Of a DNA stretch of 64,000 nucleotides, positions 31,889 through 41,652 are shown piece after piece. The notes under the pieces are model-generated. The model worked only from the letters and a program-made list of their open reading frames with translations. It searched no databases and was not told the origin of the DNA. Position 1 is the stretch's first letter; the number at the start of each line of letters is the position of its first letter. The DNA lies in the NCBI GenBank assembly GCA_965203095.1, contig OZ241877.1, positions 1,248,001 through 1,312,000 of the forward strand, given 5' to 3'. The DNA comes from Bdellovibrionales bacterium (GTDB lineage: Bacteria; Bdellovibrionota; Bdellovibrionia; Bdellovibrionales; UBA1609). The position numbers and the translations under genes were made by a program.

Positions 31889-33052
31889 ATGTGGATTGAG
31901 AGAGAAATCTCAAAAAAAATTTTAAATTTGCGAAAAGCAAAAAAAGTTATTCTGCTTACAGGCCCCAGGCAAACAGGAAAGTCCAGTTTGTTTAAAAGGC
32001 TGTTTCCAAAAATGAGATATATTAGTTTGGATCGGCCCTCCACTGCTTATAGGGCGGAGCACTCTGGAGAAGATTTTTTAAAAAGTATAGGTGCCCCAGC
32101 AATTATAGATGAAGTTCAGTATGCTCCCTCTTTGTTCCGGCACATAAAGCACTTTGTAGATCAAAACGAGCGAAAAGCTCTGTTTATTCTAACAGGCTCT
32201 CAAAAATTTAACCTGATGGCCAATGTTTCTGATTCTCTCGCGGGCCGAGTGGCCTTATTGGATTTGCATTCCCTCTCTGTTGAAGAGCTTAAAAGCCATT
32301 TTAAATGGAGGATAGATCAAAAAAAGATAATGGAGCTGATATTTAAAGGTGGATACCCGGAAATCTGGAGCACAAAAAGTGCTGTGGATGAGTTTTTTTT
32401 AAATTATATAAGCTCTTATATTCAAAGGGATATTCGGCAAATTGTTCAAGTTAAAAATCTTCATGACTTTGAGACTTTTATGGGCCTTTTGGCCAGCCGA
32501 GTAGGGCAGTTGTTAAATTATAACAAGATAGCCTGTGATGTAGGGGTGAGTTGCCCTACCATAAAATCCTGGGTGAGTGCTTTAGAGACAGGCAATGTGT
32601 TATTTCTCCTAAAACCTTTTTACAACAATTTGGGCAAACGATTAGTAAAAAGCCCCAAGCTTTATTTTACGGATACAGGCTTGCTTTGTCATCTTATCGG
32701 TTTTAGGCACCAGCAAGAGATTAAAAACTCAAATCTCCTTGGCAAACTTTTTGAAAATTTTGTTTTAGGACAAATTCTTAGAAAAGAGGCTAATCAGGGG
32801 AAAAAGGCCAATTTATTTTTTTACAGGGATCAAAAAGGGCTGGAAATAGATTTTGTTCGGCCTGTGGGAGAAAAACTTCATCTTTATGAATGCAAATGGA
32901 GTAGCGAACCAAAGACACAACTAAAGGGATTTTTAAAAATTCAACAACTGGCTGGCAAAAAAAATATTCTGTCAAAAAATATTTTTTCCACTTCAACCGA
33001 ATCTTATTTAAATGAAGGTTGTAATGTCATTTCCCTTAATGACAAAAAGTGA
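31889..33052 (+). CDS. AAA_14 ATPase with DUF4143 domain
   Basis: GPRQTGKS, IIDEVQ, LTGS, KSPKLYFTDTG, FENFV, YRDQKGLEIDFV..YECK. Confidence 0.9.
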   Translation: MWIEREISKKILNLRKAKKVILLTGPRQTGKSSLFKRLFPKMRYISLDRPSTAYRAEHSGEDFLKSIGAPAIIDEVQYAPSLFRHIKHFVDQNERKALFILTGSQKFNLMANVSDSLAGRVALLDLHSLSVEELKSHFKWRIDQKKIMELIFKGGYPEIWSTKSAVDEFFLNYISSYIQRDIRQIVQVKNLHDFETFMGLLASRVGQLLNYNKIACDVGVSCPTIKSWVSALETGNVLFLLKPFYNNLGKRLVKSPKLYFTDTGLLCHLIGFRHQQEIKNSNLLGKLFENFVLGQILRKEANQGKKANLFFYRDQKGLEIDFVRPVGEKLHLYECKWSSEPKTQLKGFLKIQQLAGKKNILSKNIFSTSTESYLNEGCNVISLNDKK

Positions 33053-33245
33053 GTGAGGCAAGTCACAGCTTGAGACTCCAAGAAAATTGTATGGAGCATT
33101 GAACACAGACAAGATTAACTGGGTGGATAGCGAGAGCAAATAAGTCTCAAACCCTCTATTTTTCTCTCTAATCTCTTCTTTATCCAGCATTCAAGACACA
33201 AAAAAGCCATATTCTGGCTGATATTTGAGCACTTAAAAAAAAGGC

Positions 33246-33274
33246 TTGACATTCCCAAACAATGGACTGATAAT
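33246..33274 (+). promoter_or_regulatory. Sigma70-type promoter TTGACA-N17-GATAAT
   Basis: TTGACA ttcccaaacaatggact GATAAT followed by an AAGGAGG RBS; homologous to 162-190. Confidence 0.7.
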
Positions 33275-33308
33275 GGATATATAAACTAATAACCACAAGG
33301 AGGTTGAT

Positions 33309-33578
33309 ATGATTGAAGGTTTATCTCAATTTACTCCATTCTTTACAGCTGGAATTTTTTTTATTGGTTTTTTAGCTGTTTTGTTGGGAGTTATTTATTT
33401 TCTTTTGAATGCAATGATAGAGCCAGTTAAAAAAGATATGGCTAAGATTGAGAAAAGGATAGAAGGGCTTGAGACTGGACAAGCTAATCTTGAGACTGGA
33501 CAAGCTAATCTTGAGAAAAGGATAGACGGCATTGAAGTTAAGCTGGATACTCTTTTAGAGCTAATCAAAAAGCAATAG
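33309..33578 (+). CDS. Small single-TM protein with heptad-repeat coiled coil
   Basis: Strong RBS; TM helix followed by LETGQAN x2, an exact 21-bp tandem repeat at 33468-33509. Confidence 0.8.
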   Translation: MIEGLSQFTPFFTAGIFFIGFLAVLLGVIYFLLNAMIEPVKKDMAKIEKRIEGLETGQANLETGQANLEKRIDGIEVKLDTLLELIKKQ

Positions 33579-33611
33579 TTTAAGGATATTTCAAACCGAA
33601 TGCCTAAAGTC

Positions 33612-34859
33612 TTAGTGCCATAAAAATTGTAAAGGAACAGCATAAAGGCTATTCCCAAAACTAAGACTCCTATCTCCATTATAAAAAACCACCCCACAAA
33701 TAAACCGCTTTCCCAAAGTCTCTTTAATTTTGCGTAAGCCTTTAAAATCTGACATATAGACCGTAGCAGAAGATTTAACTTCCAAGCCTGCTGTCATATA
33801 ATCCCTTTCTATCACAATATCCACCTCAGTTCCTTTTTTATCCCGATAGTGAAAAAAACTGTGATGATGCTTATTATAACTGGCTTGCCTTTTTAGTTCT
33901 TGAAACACAAAAGTCTCCGTCAATTGTCCTAACAAAGCTGGGGTTTTTCCCAAAGATGAACGACTCAAATTAAGCAAAGCACAAGCTAAACCTGTGTCAC
34001 TGATATGAATTTTAGGAGTTTTAACAAGTCTTTTTAAATAGCGACTGTGCCAAGGAGGCAGTCTTTCCAAAAAAAACATTTGCTCAAGCAAAGCCACATA
34101 ATCACAAATTGTAGGGCGACTCACTTGAAAAGCACTTGCCAAATTAGAAAAATTTACAAGCTGAGCAGTTTGGCCAGCAGATAAAGCCAAAAGCCTTGGC
34201 AGTATATCGATGGATCGTGCTTTGGATATATCCCTTATATCTCTCTGAATAAGAGTTTCTATATAATCTCTATGCCAATCAGCTCTTCGCCTTCCCACTG
34301 GACGACTAAGTGCTGGAGGATAGCCACCGGAAACAATTTGATCCATCAAAAAACTCTTTACCGGCGATTTCGCTTTTTTAGCTTTAAATTTACAGTTAAA
34401 AAGATCATCCAAGAAATAAGACTGCCGGCGATTCAGCTCTTCTTGGGATAAAGGATGAAGCCTCAAAATTTTCATCCGCCCTGCCAATGAATCTGAAAGT
34501 TTTTTCATGCGTAAAATATTTGCAGAACCGGTCAATATGAAGCGACCGTATACATGGCGTTTTTTATCAATAGCTGTTTTAAGAGCAGAAAAAATTTGAG
34601 GTGCTTTTTGAGCCTCATCTAAAATGACTTTTTTGGGCAGATTTCTTACAAAACCAACAGGATCCGCTTTAGCCGAGGAAACTATCTCATCGTTGTCAAA
34701 ACTGATATAATCATATTTCTTAAGCTTTCCCACCATAAGAGCTAATGTTGTTTTTCCACATTGGCGAGGGCCATGAATAAGCGTTAGAGGAGAATCTCTC
34801 AAGCCTTCCAAAAAGAGAGCCTTTATGTGACGAGGATAAAAAGCTATTTTTTTAGCCAT
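33612..34859 (-). CDS. AAA_14 ATPase with DUF4143 domain
   Basis: GPRQCGKT, ILDEAQ, LTGS, KTPKIHISDTG, ETFVFQEL, YRDKKGTEVD..LEVK. Confidence 0.9.
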   Translation of the reverse strand: MAKKIAFYPRHIKALFLEGLRDSPLTLIHGPRQCGKTTLALMVGKLKKYDYISFDNDEIVSSAKADPVGFVRNLPKKVILDEAQKAPQIFSALKTAIDKKRHVYGRFILTGSANILRMKKLSDSLAGRMKILRLHPLSQEELNRRQSYFLDDLFNCKFKAKKAKSPVKSFLMDQIVSGGYPPALSRPVGRRRADWHRDYIETLIQRDIRDISKARSIDILPRLLALSAGQTAQLVNFSNLASAFQVSRPTICDYVALLEQMFFLERLPPWHSRYLKRLVKTPKIHISDTGLACALLNLSRSSLGKTPALLGQLTETFVFQELKRQASYNKHHHSFFHYRDKKGTEVDIVIERDYMTAGLEVKSSATVYMSDFKGLRKIKETLGKRFICGVVFYNGDRSLSFGNSLYAVPLQFLWH

Positions 34860-34900
34860 ACATCCACTTTACTTGATAGGAACAAAAATGTCAAACGAAA

Positions 34901-34964
34901 ACAGGGGCCAATTGAAAGATTATACAGGGGCCAATTGAAAGATTGCATGGGGGCTAATTGAAAG
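34901..34964. repeat. Three direct repeats of (ACA)GGGGCYAATTGAAAG(ATT)
   Basis: Exact 21-mers at 34901 and 34924 and a partial third copy ending at 34964; upstream of the 34859 start. Confidence 0.8.
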
Positions 34965-36135
34965 GTAAAAATACAAAAAAAGCCCCTTATTCTTTAGGAT
35001 ATAGCTTATTTCTTTTTTTGTAAGTTTGAATTTATGAGTAATATAGTTATCCAATTCCTGAATTTTATTTTTATTTTGCAAGATTTTATCTACCAATCTA
35101 ACCATTTTTGAAAAAGTTTTTTTATCCCACAAAGGTAAAGGCAAAGCTGAAATATGGCTTCGCAAAACTTTTATACTGGAAAATTTTTTTTGAAATAAAA
35201 ACTGATATAAAGAAGAGTTAAAAAGGGCTAAAATAACCTTAATGGGATAATCAGGGATTTTAGGAATCAGTATATTGGCACTGTTTAAAGTCAATCTTTT
35301 TTGATTGTCATAAGCAAAGATTAATTTATTTGAAATAAATTTGTAAATTAGCTTTTCTTTAGCCCGATACTTATATTCTGGAGCTGTTTGCTGGAATTTT
35401 TTAGGCTGGAATCGAATATAATGAGAAGGCTCAGCTAAAACAAACTTTTTAATGTCTTTTCCTAAATAAATAGGCTCAAAACCCGATTTATTTTTGGGAA
35501 TAATAAATTTTTTATTATTCCCCGTCACAATTCCTAAAGCCCAACTGGCATTATTTTTTAAAGTCATGTGTTTTGTTTTATATATTTTATCAATAATTTT
35601 AGAGTCCAATTTATTGGAATGAATATCAAAAATAAAATCATGATTGCTCATCCATTTTATTTGCCTCACTTTATATTTTTTATCTATATTCTGAATAACT
35701 GTTTGTTTTGCATTTTTGTTAGTTTTTTCCAAATCTAACCGGATTACAGGGGTAAAAACATATTTAAAAACACGGTGAAGATAAACGATTTTTTTGATTT
35801 GAGCTGTTTTTAAAATAAATTCTCTTATATCCTTATGTAGGCAAACATTTAAAATAGATTCAGGAAGTAAAAATGAAATTACCCCATCAGTGCCCAGCAA
35901 ACTAAAGCTTTTCTTGAGAAAATAAGAAAAAGACTCAAAAGAGGAAATTTGAGGATAAAGGCTTTTAAGCTGTTTTATCTCTGCTCTTGAAAAACTTGCA
36001 CCCCAAGGTGGATTTGTGGCTATAACATCAAAGTTTTTTATATCTTTATCCTTATGAAAGCTGAATAAGTCATTGTTTCTCACATCAAAAAGAGTATTTT
36101 TACAAAAGATATTTGGCTCAAAATTTTTATTTTTA

Positions 36136-37270
36136 TACTGGTTTGATTTAAAAAATCAAGTTTTTTTGATAAAGGTTTAGTTTTTGGCATTATGAGTTTT
36201 CCAAATCTTTTGGATGTTCTATAATATGTTTCTATGAACTCATTTTTAACTGGCAAGCAAAAAGCAGAGCTTTTAACTTTTCTTCGTTTGGAAAGGAATC
36301 GTAGGCGAGCGGATCGTATCCGGGTTATTTTGTTGCTGGATAGTGGAGAGTCTGTCACCGATATTGCGAGATTTTTATTTTTTGATGAAGGAACTATCAG
36401 AAACTGCAAAAGGCGTTATGAAGAAGGAGGTTTGTCGAGGTTGGTTTATGACGATCATAGAGGTCGCATGTCGTATTTATCTGAGGAACAACGGAAGAAA
36501 CTGGTTTTGGAGTTGGAGTCAAAGGTATATCCCACAACAAAGGCAGTTGTTTTATATGTTCAAAAGACATTTGGGGTTGTTTATACTGTGAATGGAATGA
36601 CGGCTTTACTTCACAAGTTAGATTTTTCATATAAGAAGCCAAAGGGTGTGCCTGGGAAGGCTGATATTGAGAAGCAGAAGGTGTTTATTCAAAGATATCG
36701 CAGGATAAAAAAGAGAGGTGATTTAGTGTATTTTGCGGATTCAACTCATCCTATGCTCAATCCTGTAATATCATCGGGTTGGATTAAGAAGGGGGTGGAG
36801 TTTAAGGTTAAAACTAATTCAGGTCGTGAGCGGGTGAATATAAATGGTGCGATAGAGATAAATAGTTTAGATTTTGTCAGTAGAAGCTGTGAGAGGGTTA
36901 ATAAAAATTCAATGCAGGAGTTATTGCGAGCTGTGAGGGCGAGACAGCCTATGAGGGATAAAAGGTTGTATTTGGTTTTAGACAATGCACCATATAACAG
37001 GGCCTTTCAGGTGAGGGATTTAGCGAAAAGTTTGGATATTACTTTGCTGTATTTGCCTCCATTTTCTCCTAATTTGAATCCTATTGAGAGGTTTTGGAAA
37101 TTTGTAAAGAAGAAGACAATGGCTAATGTGTATTTTTCAGATCTTAAAACTTTTCGTAAAGAGTTGATGCTGTTTTTAAGAGGTGTTAGAAAATACAGGG
37201 CTGAATTGTCCATGCTTATTACTGATAATTTTCATGTCATCGAAACCTGAAAATTCAAACAAGACCAGTA
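36136..37270 (+). mobile_element. IS630-family insertion sequence, copy 2 (TA duplication)
   Basis: Same length and ends as copy 1; TA at 36134-36135 and 37271-37272. Confidence 0.93.
36234..37250 (+). CDS. IS630 transposase
   Basis: Translation identical to 17861..18877. Confidence 0.95.
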   Translation: MNSFLTGKQKAELLTFLRLERNRRRADRIRVILLLDSGESVTDIARFLFFDEGTIRNCKRRYEEGGLSRLVYDDHRGRMSYLSEEQRKKLVLELESKVYPTTKAVVLYVQKTFGVVYTVNGMTALLHKLDFSYKKPKGVPGKADIEKQKVFIQRYRRIKKRGDLVYFADSTHPMLNPVISSGWIKKGVEFKVKTNSGRERVNINGAIEINSLDFVSRSCERVNKNSMQELLRAVRARQPMRDKRLYLVLDNAPYNRAFQVRDLAKSLDITLLYLPPFSPNLNPIERFWKFVKKKTMANVYFSDLKTFRKELMLFLRGVRKYRAELSMLITDNFHVIET

Positions 37271-38254
37271 TAAATTTTGTTAAAATATTAATTCTGGCAA
37301 TTCGGACGGCGGTTTTATCACAATCCATGCCATAGATATTTAATGGATTTTCCACAATATCAGCATAAGCCAACAAAAACTGGCCTGTTCCACAACAAGG
37401 GTCTAAAACTTTGGAATCTTTTTTTACATAATCTGTTATTATATCATTAACTATATTTGAAGGACTGTAATAAGATCCATTTTGAGATTTTTCTCCCTCA
37501 AATAAGAGGGATTGATAGAATATTCCTAAAATATCCCTTTGTTCCGGAAGATCGCAATCCAACAAAAAAGAAAAATAAGGCAGAATGTCTTGGTTTTTAA
37601 GTCCTAAAAGCCATGCTTTTATCTCTTTTTGAATTTTTTGATTGGCAAAAAGCCCGTTTTTGTTTTCTATAATGTCTTTAATACTTGTTTTTAAAAGTAT
37701 TCTTTCCTTTTTTAGAAAATTTAAACTGAGCAGGAAAAGAGCAGTTGTCGTTTTGATATTGTTTTTTTTGATAAAACTAATAATACGGTTAAACTCATTA
37801 AAATTGGCTTGGGTTTTCATAAGCTCTTTGGGGATAAATACCCTTCTGGCTTTGAGCTTATTGGCTCGTTTGTTTAATTTTTTTAACTCTCCAGTTGCAA
37901 GCTTTAGCTTGATCTTTTCAATATCAGATCTATAAAAAAAATGTTTATTTTTCTTTTTATGTGTAGGGATCTGTCTGCATTTTACCCAGTTGCGAACAGT
38001 GGCTGTTGAAATCCCCAGCAATTCAGCTGTTTCCTCTATATTTAGAATTTTCTCGGGGCTGGCCAATCCAAAATCAGAGACATTGTTGATCATTACTTAG
38101 CTCCTCTTGTTATTAAAACCTGTTTAATAACACTTTGCAAGCTCAAAATTTTAATTGATAAATGTCCTTACATTATGTTTGATTCTATGGTGACTGTCTC
38201 AATATGAGACATTTTTTTTGCAGATACAGTAAAGTTCATCAAAAAAGCTTGCAT

Positions 38255-38298
38255 TTTACTCATTACATTGAGTAAAATTACTCAATGTAATGAGTAAA
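38255..38298. promoter_or_regulatory. Perfect 21-bp inverted repeat overlapping a promoter and start codon (putative double operator)
   Basis: TTTACTCATTACATTGAGTAA-AA-TTACTCAATGTAATGAGTAAA. Confidence 0.6.
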
Positions 38299-38511
38299 TT
38301 AAAATTTATTCGTCCTCAAGCCCAAATCCTTTTATCTCGCCTTATGAAGCCACGCCAATTCCTTCAAGTGATTTCCGGTGCAAGGCAGGTAGGCAAAACT
38401 ACTTTAATCACTCAAATAATTCCTAAACTTAAAGGACCTTGCCATTTTGTTAGTGCAGATGAGCCAGGCTTACACCAAAGTGAAAAGGCTTTTTTGCCAC
38501 TAAAACCTTAG
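38290..38511 (+). pseudogene. Truncated AAA_14 ATPase (N-terminal fragment only)
   Basis: SGARQVGKTT Walker A; ORF ends after 73 aa against the convergent nth gene. Confidence 0.75.
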
Positions 38512-39164
38512 TTTTGAACTGTGTTTCGTGGGCAGAGCTTATAAAGTGAACAGAGGGAGCAAAGGGCTTTTCTGGCTCTGCAAATTTTTCGGCCATGGGC
38601 TATCATCAGATGGGAGAGCATGATCCAGTTTTTTTTGTGGCTCAATTTTTCCAACTGCTTTTCAATTGTGCGAACATTGTCTGTTTGAACCAACCCCATC
38701 CTGTTAGATAATCTTTTAACATGGGTATCTACCACTACACCAGAGGGGATTTGAAAGCCGTTTCCCATAACTACATGAGCTGTCTTCCTCCCCACACCTG
38801 CAAGCTCTGTAAGCTGATCAAAATTTTTGGGAACTTTCCCCTGGTAAAACTTTTCCAAAGTTTGGCAAGATTTTTTTAAATTGCGAGCTTTGTTCCTGAA
38901 AAAGCCGGTGGATTGAATGTCTTTTTCTAAACTCTTAATAGGGGCTGTGGCATAAGCTTTAGCATTAGGGTATTTTTGAAAAAGTTTTTTAGTGACCTCA
39001 TTGACTCTTTTATCTGTGCATTGAGCACTCAACTGAGTAGCAACCAACAATTCTAAAGGATTTTTAAAGTTCAAAGAGCAAGAGGCAGAGGGATAAGTCC
39101 TCCTCAATAAAGTTATAATTTGCTGGAATCGCTTTTGTTTTTTTTTTAAAGATTCTAAAGGCAT
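38508..39164 (-). CDS. nth: Endonuclease III
   Basis: LSAQCTD, LAGVGRKTA (HhH), VDTHVKR, C-x6-C-x2-C-x5-C Fe-S motif. Confidence 0.96.
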   Translation of the reverse strand: MPLESLKKKQKRFQQIITLLRRTYPSASCSLNFKNPLELLVATQLSAQCTDKRVNEVTKKLFQKYPNAKAYATAPIKSLEKDIQSTGFFRNKARNLKKSCQTLEKFYQGKVPKNFDQLTELAGVGRKTAHVVMGNGFQIPSGVVVDTHVKRLSNRMGLVQTDNVRTIEKQLEKLSHKKNWIMLSHLMIAHGRKICRARKALCSLCSLYKLCPRNTVQN

Positions 39165-39179
39165 TTATCCCACTATGCC

Positions 39180-40322
39180 TTAAGATCGGTCACTTAAGGC
39201 GGGCCAGTTTTTGTTTTTCTCGCCTTTATAGTGACTGGCAGGGCGATAAATCCGATTACCAGAATACTGTTCTTGAATATGGGCCAACCAGCCGGGCATG
39301 CGGGACATGGCAAAAATAGGGGTAAAAAGATCAGTAGGGATGCTCAAACAATGATAGACAGAGGCAGAGTAAAAATCCACATTGGCACAAAGACCTTTTT
39401 TCTCCTTAACCCTTTGCTCTATTGTTTGACTGATTAAAAAAAGTTTTTCTTTGTTTTTGCTTTTAGTGATCTTTTCGCTTACTGATTTTAGTAAAAGAGC
39501 ACGAGGGTCCTGGTTTTTATAAACCCTATGGCCAAAACCCATAATCTTTTCTTTTTTAGATAGAGCCTCATCCACAAATTCTTTGGCTTGACTCTCAGAA
39601 TCTATTTGGTTGAGCATTCGCATGACTTGCTCGTTAGCTCCACCGTGAAGAGGCCCTTTTAAAGCACCTATCGCACTTACAATCGCTGAGTAAAGATCAC
39701 TCAATGAGGAACTGACCACTCTGGCGGAAAAAGTAGAGCAGTTAAGCCCGTGCTCTGCATGGAGGATGAGGGCACGGTCTAAAATTTTGCTATCTTCCAA
39801 AGAAGGCTCTACCCCTGTTAAAGTGTAAAGAAAGTTCCATGCCAAACTTTTGTCTTTTTTAGGAGGGATAAAATGCAAATTTTGCCTTTGCCGATGGAAA
39901 AATGCTATCAATAAAGGAGTTTTTGCTATGAGCCTTAAACTGGCTTTCTCCACAAGGGAAGGATTTTGATAAAAAGAGGTTTGGCCCTCACCCATTTTTA
40001 AAGACAGGAGGGAGATTGCCGTCCTCAACCATGCCATAGGATGAACATTTTTTGTGGGCAATTTAGCCCAAGCCAAATCAGAATCCAAAACAAGCTGAAG
40101 GCTTAGGGCCTCATTCCAACTTTTTAGTTGAGCAGAAGAGGGGAGATGGCCCTTGAGTAAAAGATAAGCTGTTTCAGAAAAGCTGGAATGTTGAAATAGA
40201 TCTTCCAGACGATAACCCCTCAAACAGATGCCAGACTCATGAACATCCGAAAGAGCGGTGGAGCAAGCTTTAACCCCTTCTAAGCCTCTATCAATAGCCC
40301 CTTCATAAATAGTTGAAGACAT
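39180..40322 (-). CDS. Citrate / 2-methylcitrate synthase
   Basis: GLEGV, LHAEHGLNCSTF, GPLHGGANE, MGFGHRVYK, NVDFYS. Confidence 0.93.
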   Translation of the reverse strand: MSSTIYEGAIDRGLEGVKACSTALSDVHESGICLRGYRLEDLFQHSSFSETAYLLLKGHLPSSAQLKSWNEALSLQLVLDSDLAWAKLPTKNVHPMAWLRTAISLLSLKMGEGQTSFYQNPSLVEKASLRLIAKTPLLIAFFHRQRQNLHFIPPKKDKSLAWNFLYTLTGVEPSLEDSKILDRALILHAEHGLNCSTFSARVVSSSLSDLYSAIVSAIGALKGPLHGGANEQVMRMLNQIDSESQAKEFVDEALSKKEKIMGFGHRVYKNQDPRALLLKSVSEKITKSKNKEKLFLISQTIEQRVKEKKGLCANVDFYSASVYHCLSIPTDLFTPIFAMSRMPGWLAHIQEQYSGNRIYRPASHYKGEKNKNWPALSDRS

Positions 40323-40782
40323 TTAAGTTTCCCTCTTTAGTTTGTGTTATTTGCCAGATTCCATTCTTGCGTGATTTTAAAAACTCACAAAAACAGATTT
40401 TTTTGCCGGCTTTTTTTAAAGCAAAGCTTTTTCCCATTATGAAACAAAAAAACTGGTTTGTCCATTTTATTTTTAGCTTGAACAAAAGCGATTCAAAAGA
40501 TAGTTTTCTACAGGTTTTTTAAACTCCTGCCTTTAGCAAGAATCCAGAAATCTCTCTTCTTCCTCTATAGATATAACTCAGTGCATTATAAAATCTAAGA
40601 GCTGAGAGCTTTGATAATGCTGAAAACCCTAATTTTAAAGGTTTTGAAAAAACTGGACTCTTTACCAGCTATTAAATATTAAATAGCCATTCCGCTCAAT
40701 TTACTTATATATTGTAGATAATTGGTTTTTGGGGAATCATTAGTAGATTTCCCCAAAAGCTATCATCAATCAAGGGGTTGTC

Positions 40783-41652
40783 TTGAGATTTGGCGGGCAT
40801 CAAAGTTTTCATTTAAGGGATCACTGGCTTTATAAAGGTAGCCAAGGTGTGAAAAAATCTCCTTCCCTCCTTTTTAAGCCTCATAAAGCTATGGAACAAA
40901 TAGGAGTTGGCAAAAACATGATGGAATCCATCAGATATTGGCTTACAGCCACTCGACTGATAAAAGAGGAGTCTGCGGGTATTTCCCTAACAGACACTGC
41001 AAAAAAGATTTTAGAAAAAGATCCTTACTTTGAGTTGGACGGCACTCTTTTTTTAATCCATTATCTTCTATCCACAAACAAGGAATCAGCCACAACATGG
41101 CATTGGTTTTTTAATCATTTTTCAGCTATGGAATTTGACAAAGAATCCTTAACTAACAGCTATCTTTCTTACATATCCATCCAATCAAGAAAAAAAATTA
41201 AAGACACAACATTAGAAAAAGATTTGAATTGCCTTTTAAGAATGTATCAATCTATAGAATATACTGGCAAAAAAAATCCTGAGACAGAAACCCCCTCTCC
41301 CTTTGTCAAGTATGGCTGGATAGAAAAGAAGGGGGATCGCTGGATCAGGCAAAAATTAAACATTGTGGATTTTGCTCCCGATATATTTGCTCATATTTTT
41401 TATATATTTTGGAAAAAAGATCTCAAGCAACCAGAGTCAGTTAAATTGGACGAACTGGCAAATAAGGAAAATTCTATAGGGCGAATCTTTCTCTTCACTT
41501 TAGAGGAGTTAGGTAGTTTTATAGAAGATCAATCTCAAAAAACAAATTATTTCCAATACTCCCGAACGGGTGGCTATCTTATTGTTTTGCCTAATGAGAG
41601 AGGTTTAAAAAAAGCTTTAGATAATTATTATAAGAAGGTCAATATTCAGTGA
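40783..41652 (+). CDS. sspB: DUF4007 family protein, SspB-like
   Basis: FGGHQSFHLRDHWLYKG, GVGKNMMESIRYWL, DPYFE..TLFLIHY, WHWFFN; first gene of the DUF4007-ATPase-PAPS reductase trio. Confidence 0.82.
   Translation: MRFGGHQSFHLRDHWLYKGSQGVKKSPSLLFKPHKAMEQIGVGKNMMESIRYWLTATRLIKEESAGISLTDTAKKILEKDPYFELDGTLFLIHYLLSTNKESATTWHWFFNHFSAMEFDKESLTNSYLSYISIQSRKKIKDTTLEKDLNCLLRMYQSIEYTGKKNPETETPSPFVKYGWIEKKGDRWIRQKLNIVDFAPDIFAHIFYIFWKKDLKQPESVKLDELANKENSIGRIFLFTLEELGSFIEDQSQKTNYFQYSRTGGYLIVLPNERGLKKALDNYYKKVNIQ

Larger units (their letters stand above)
34920..38093 (-). pseudogene. HTH-fused N6-adenine DNA methyltransferase (TaqI-like C-terminus) split by IS630
   Basis: N-part has ETAELLGISTATVRNW (HTH), GSYYSP and LDPCCGTGQFL; C-part has ATNPPW and a TRD-like region. 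Excision rejoins the parts in frame (..ILTKFKNKNFEPNIFCKNTLFDVRNND..) for 678 aa. Confidence 0.88.

Noticed and set aside
33008..33190. Possible gene remnant between the AAA gene and the small TM gene
   Set aside because: No recognisable motif or RBS; cannot be supported without a search.
33395..33697. 100-aa minus-strand ORF
   Set aside because: Antisense to 33309..33578, which has the promoter, RBS and a paralog.
34901..34964. Mini CRISPR array
   Set aside because: The repeats are nearly adjacent with only 2-5 nt between them, so there are no spacers, and no cas genes are in the window.
17763..37270. Composite transposon carrying metabolic genes
   Set aside because: Each IS has its own TA duplication inside a gene that rejoins in frame, so these are independent insertions.
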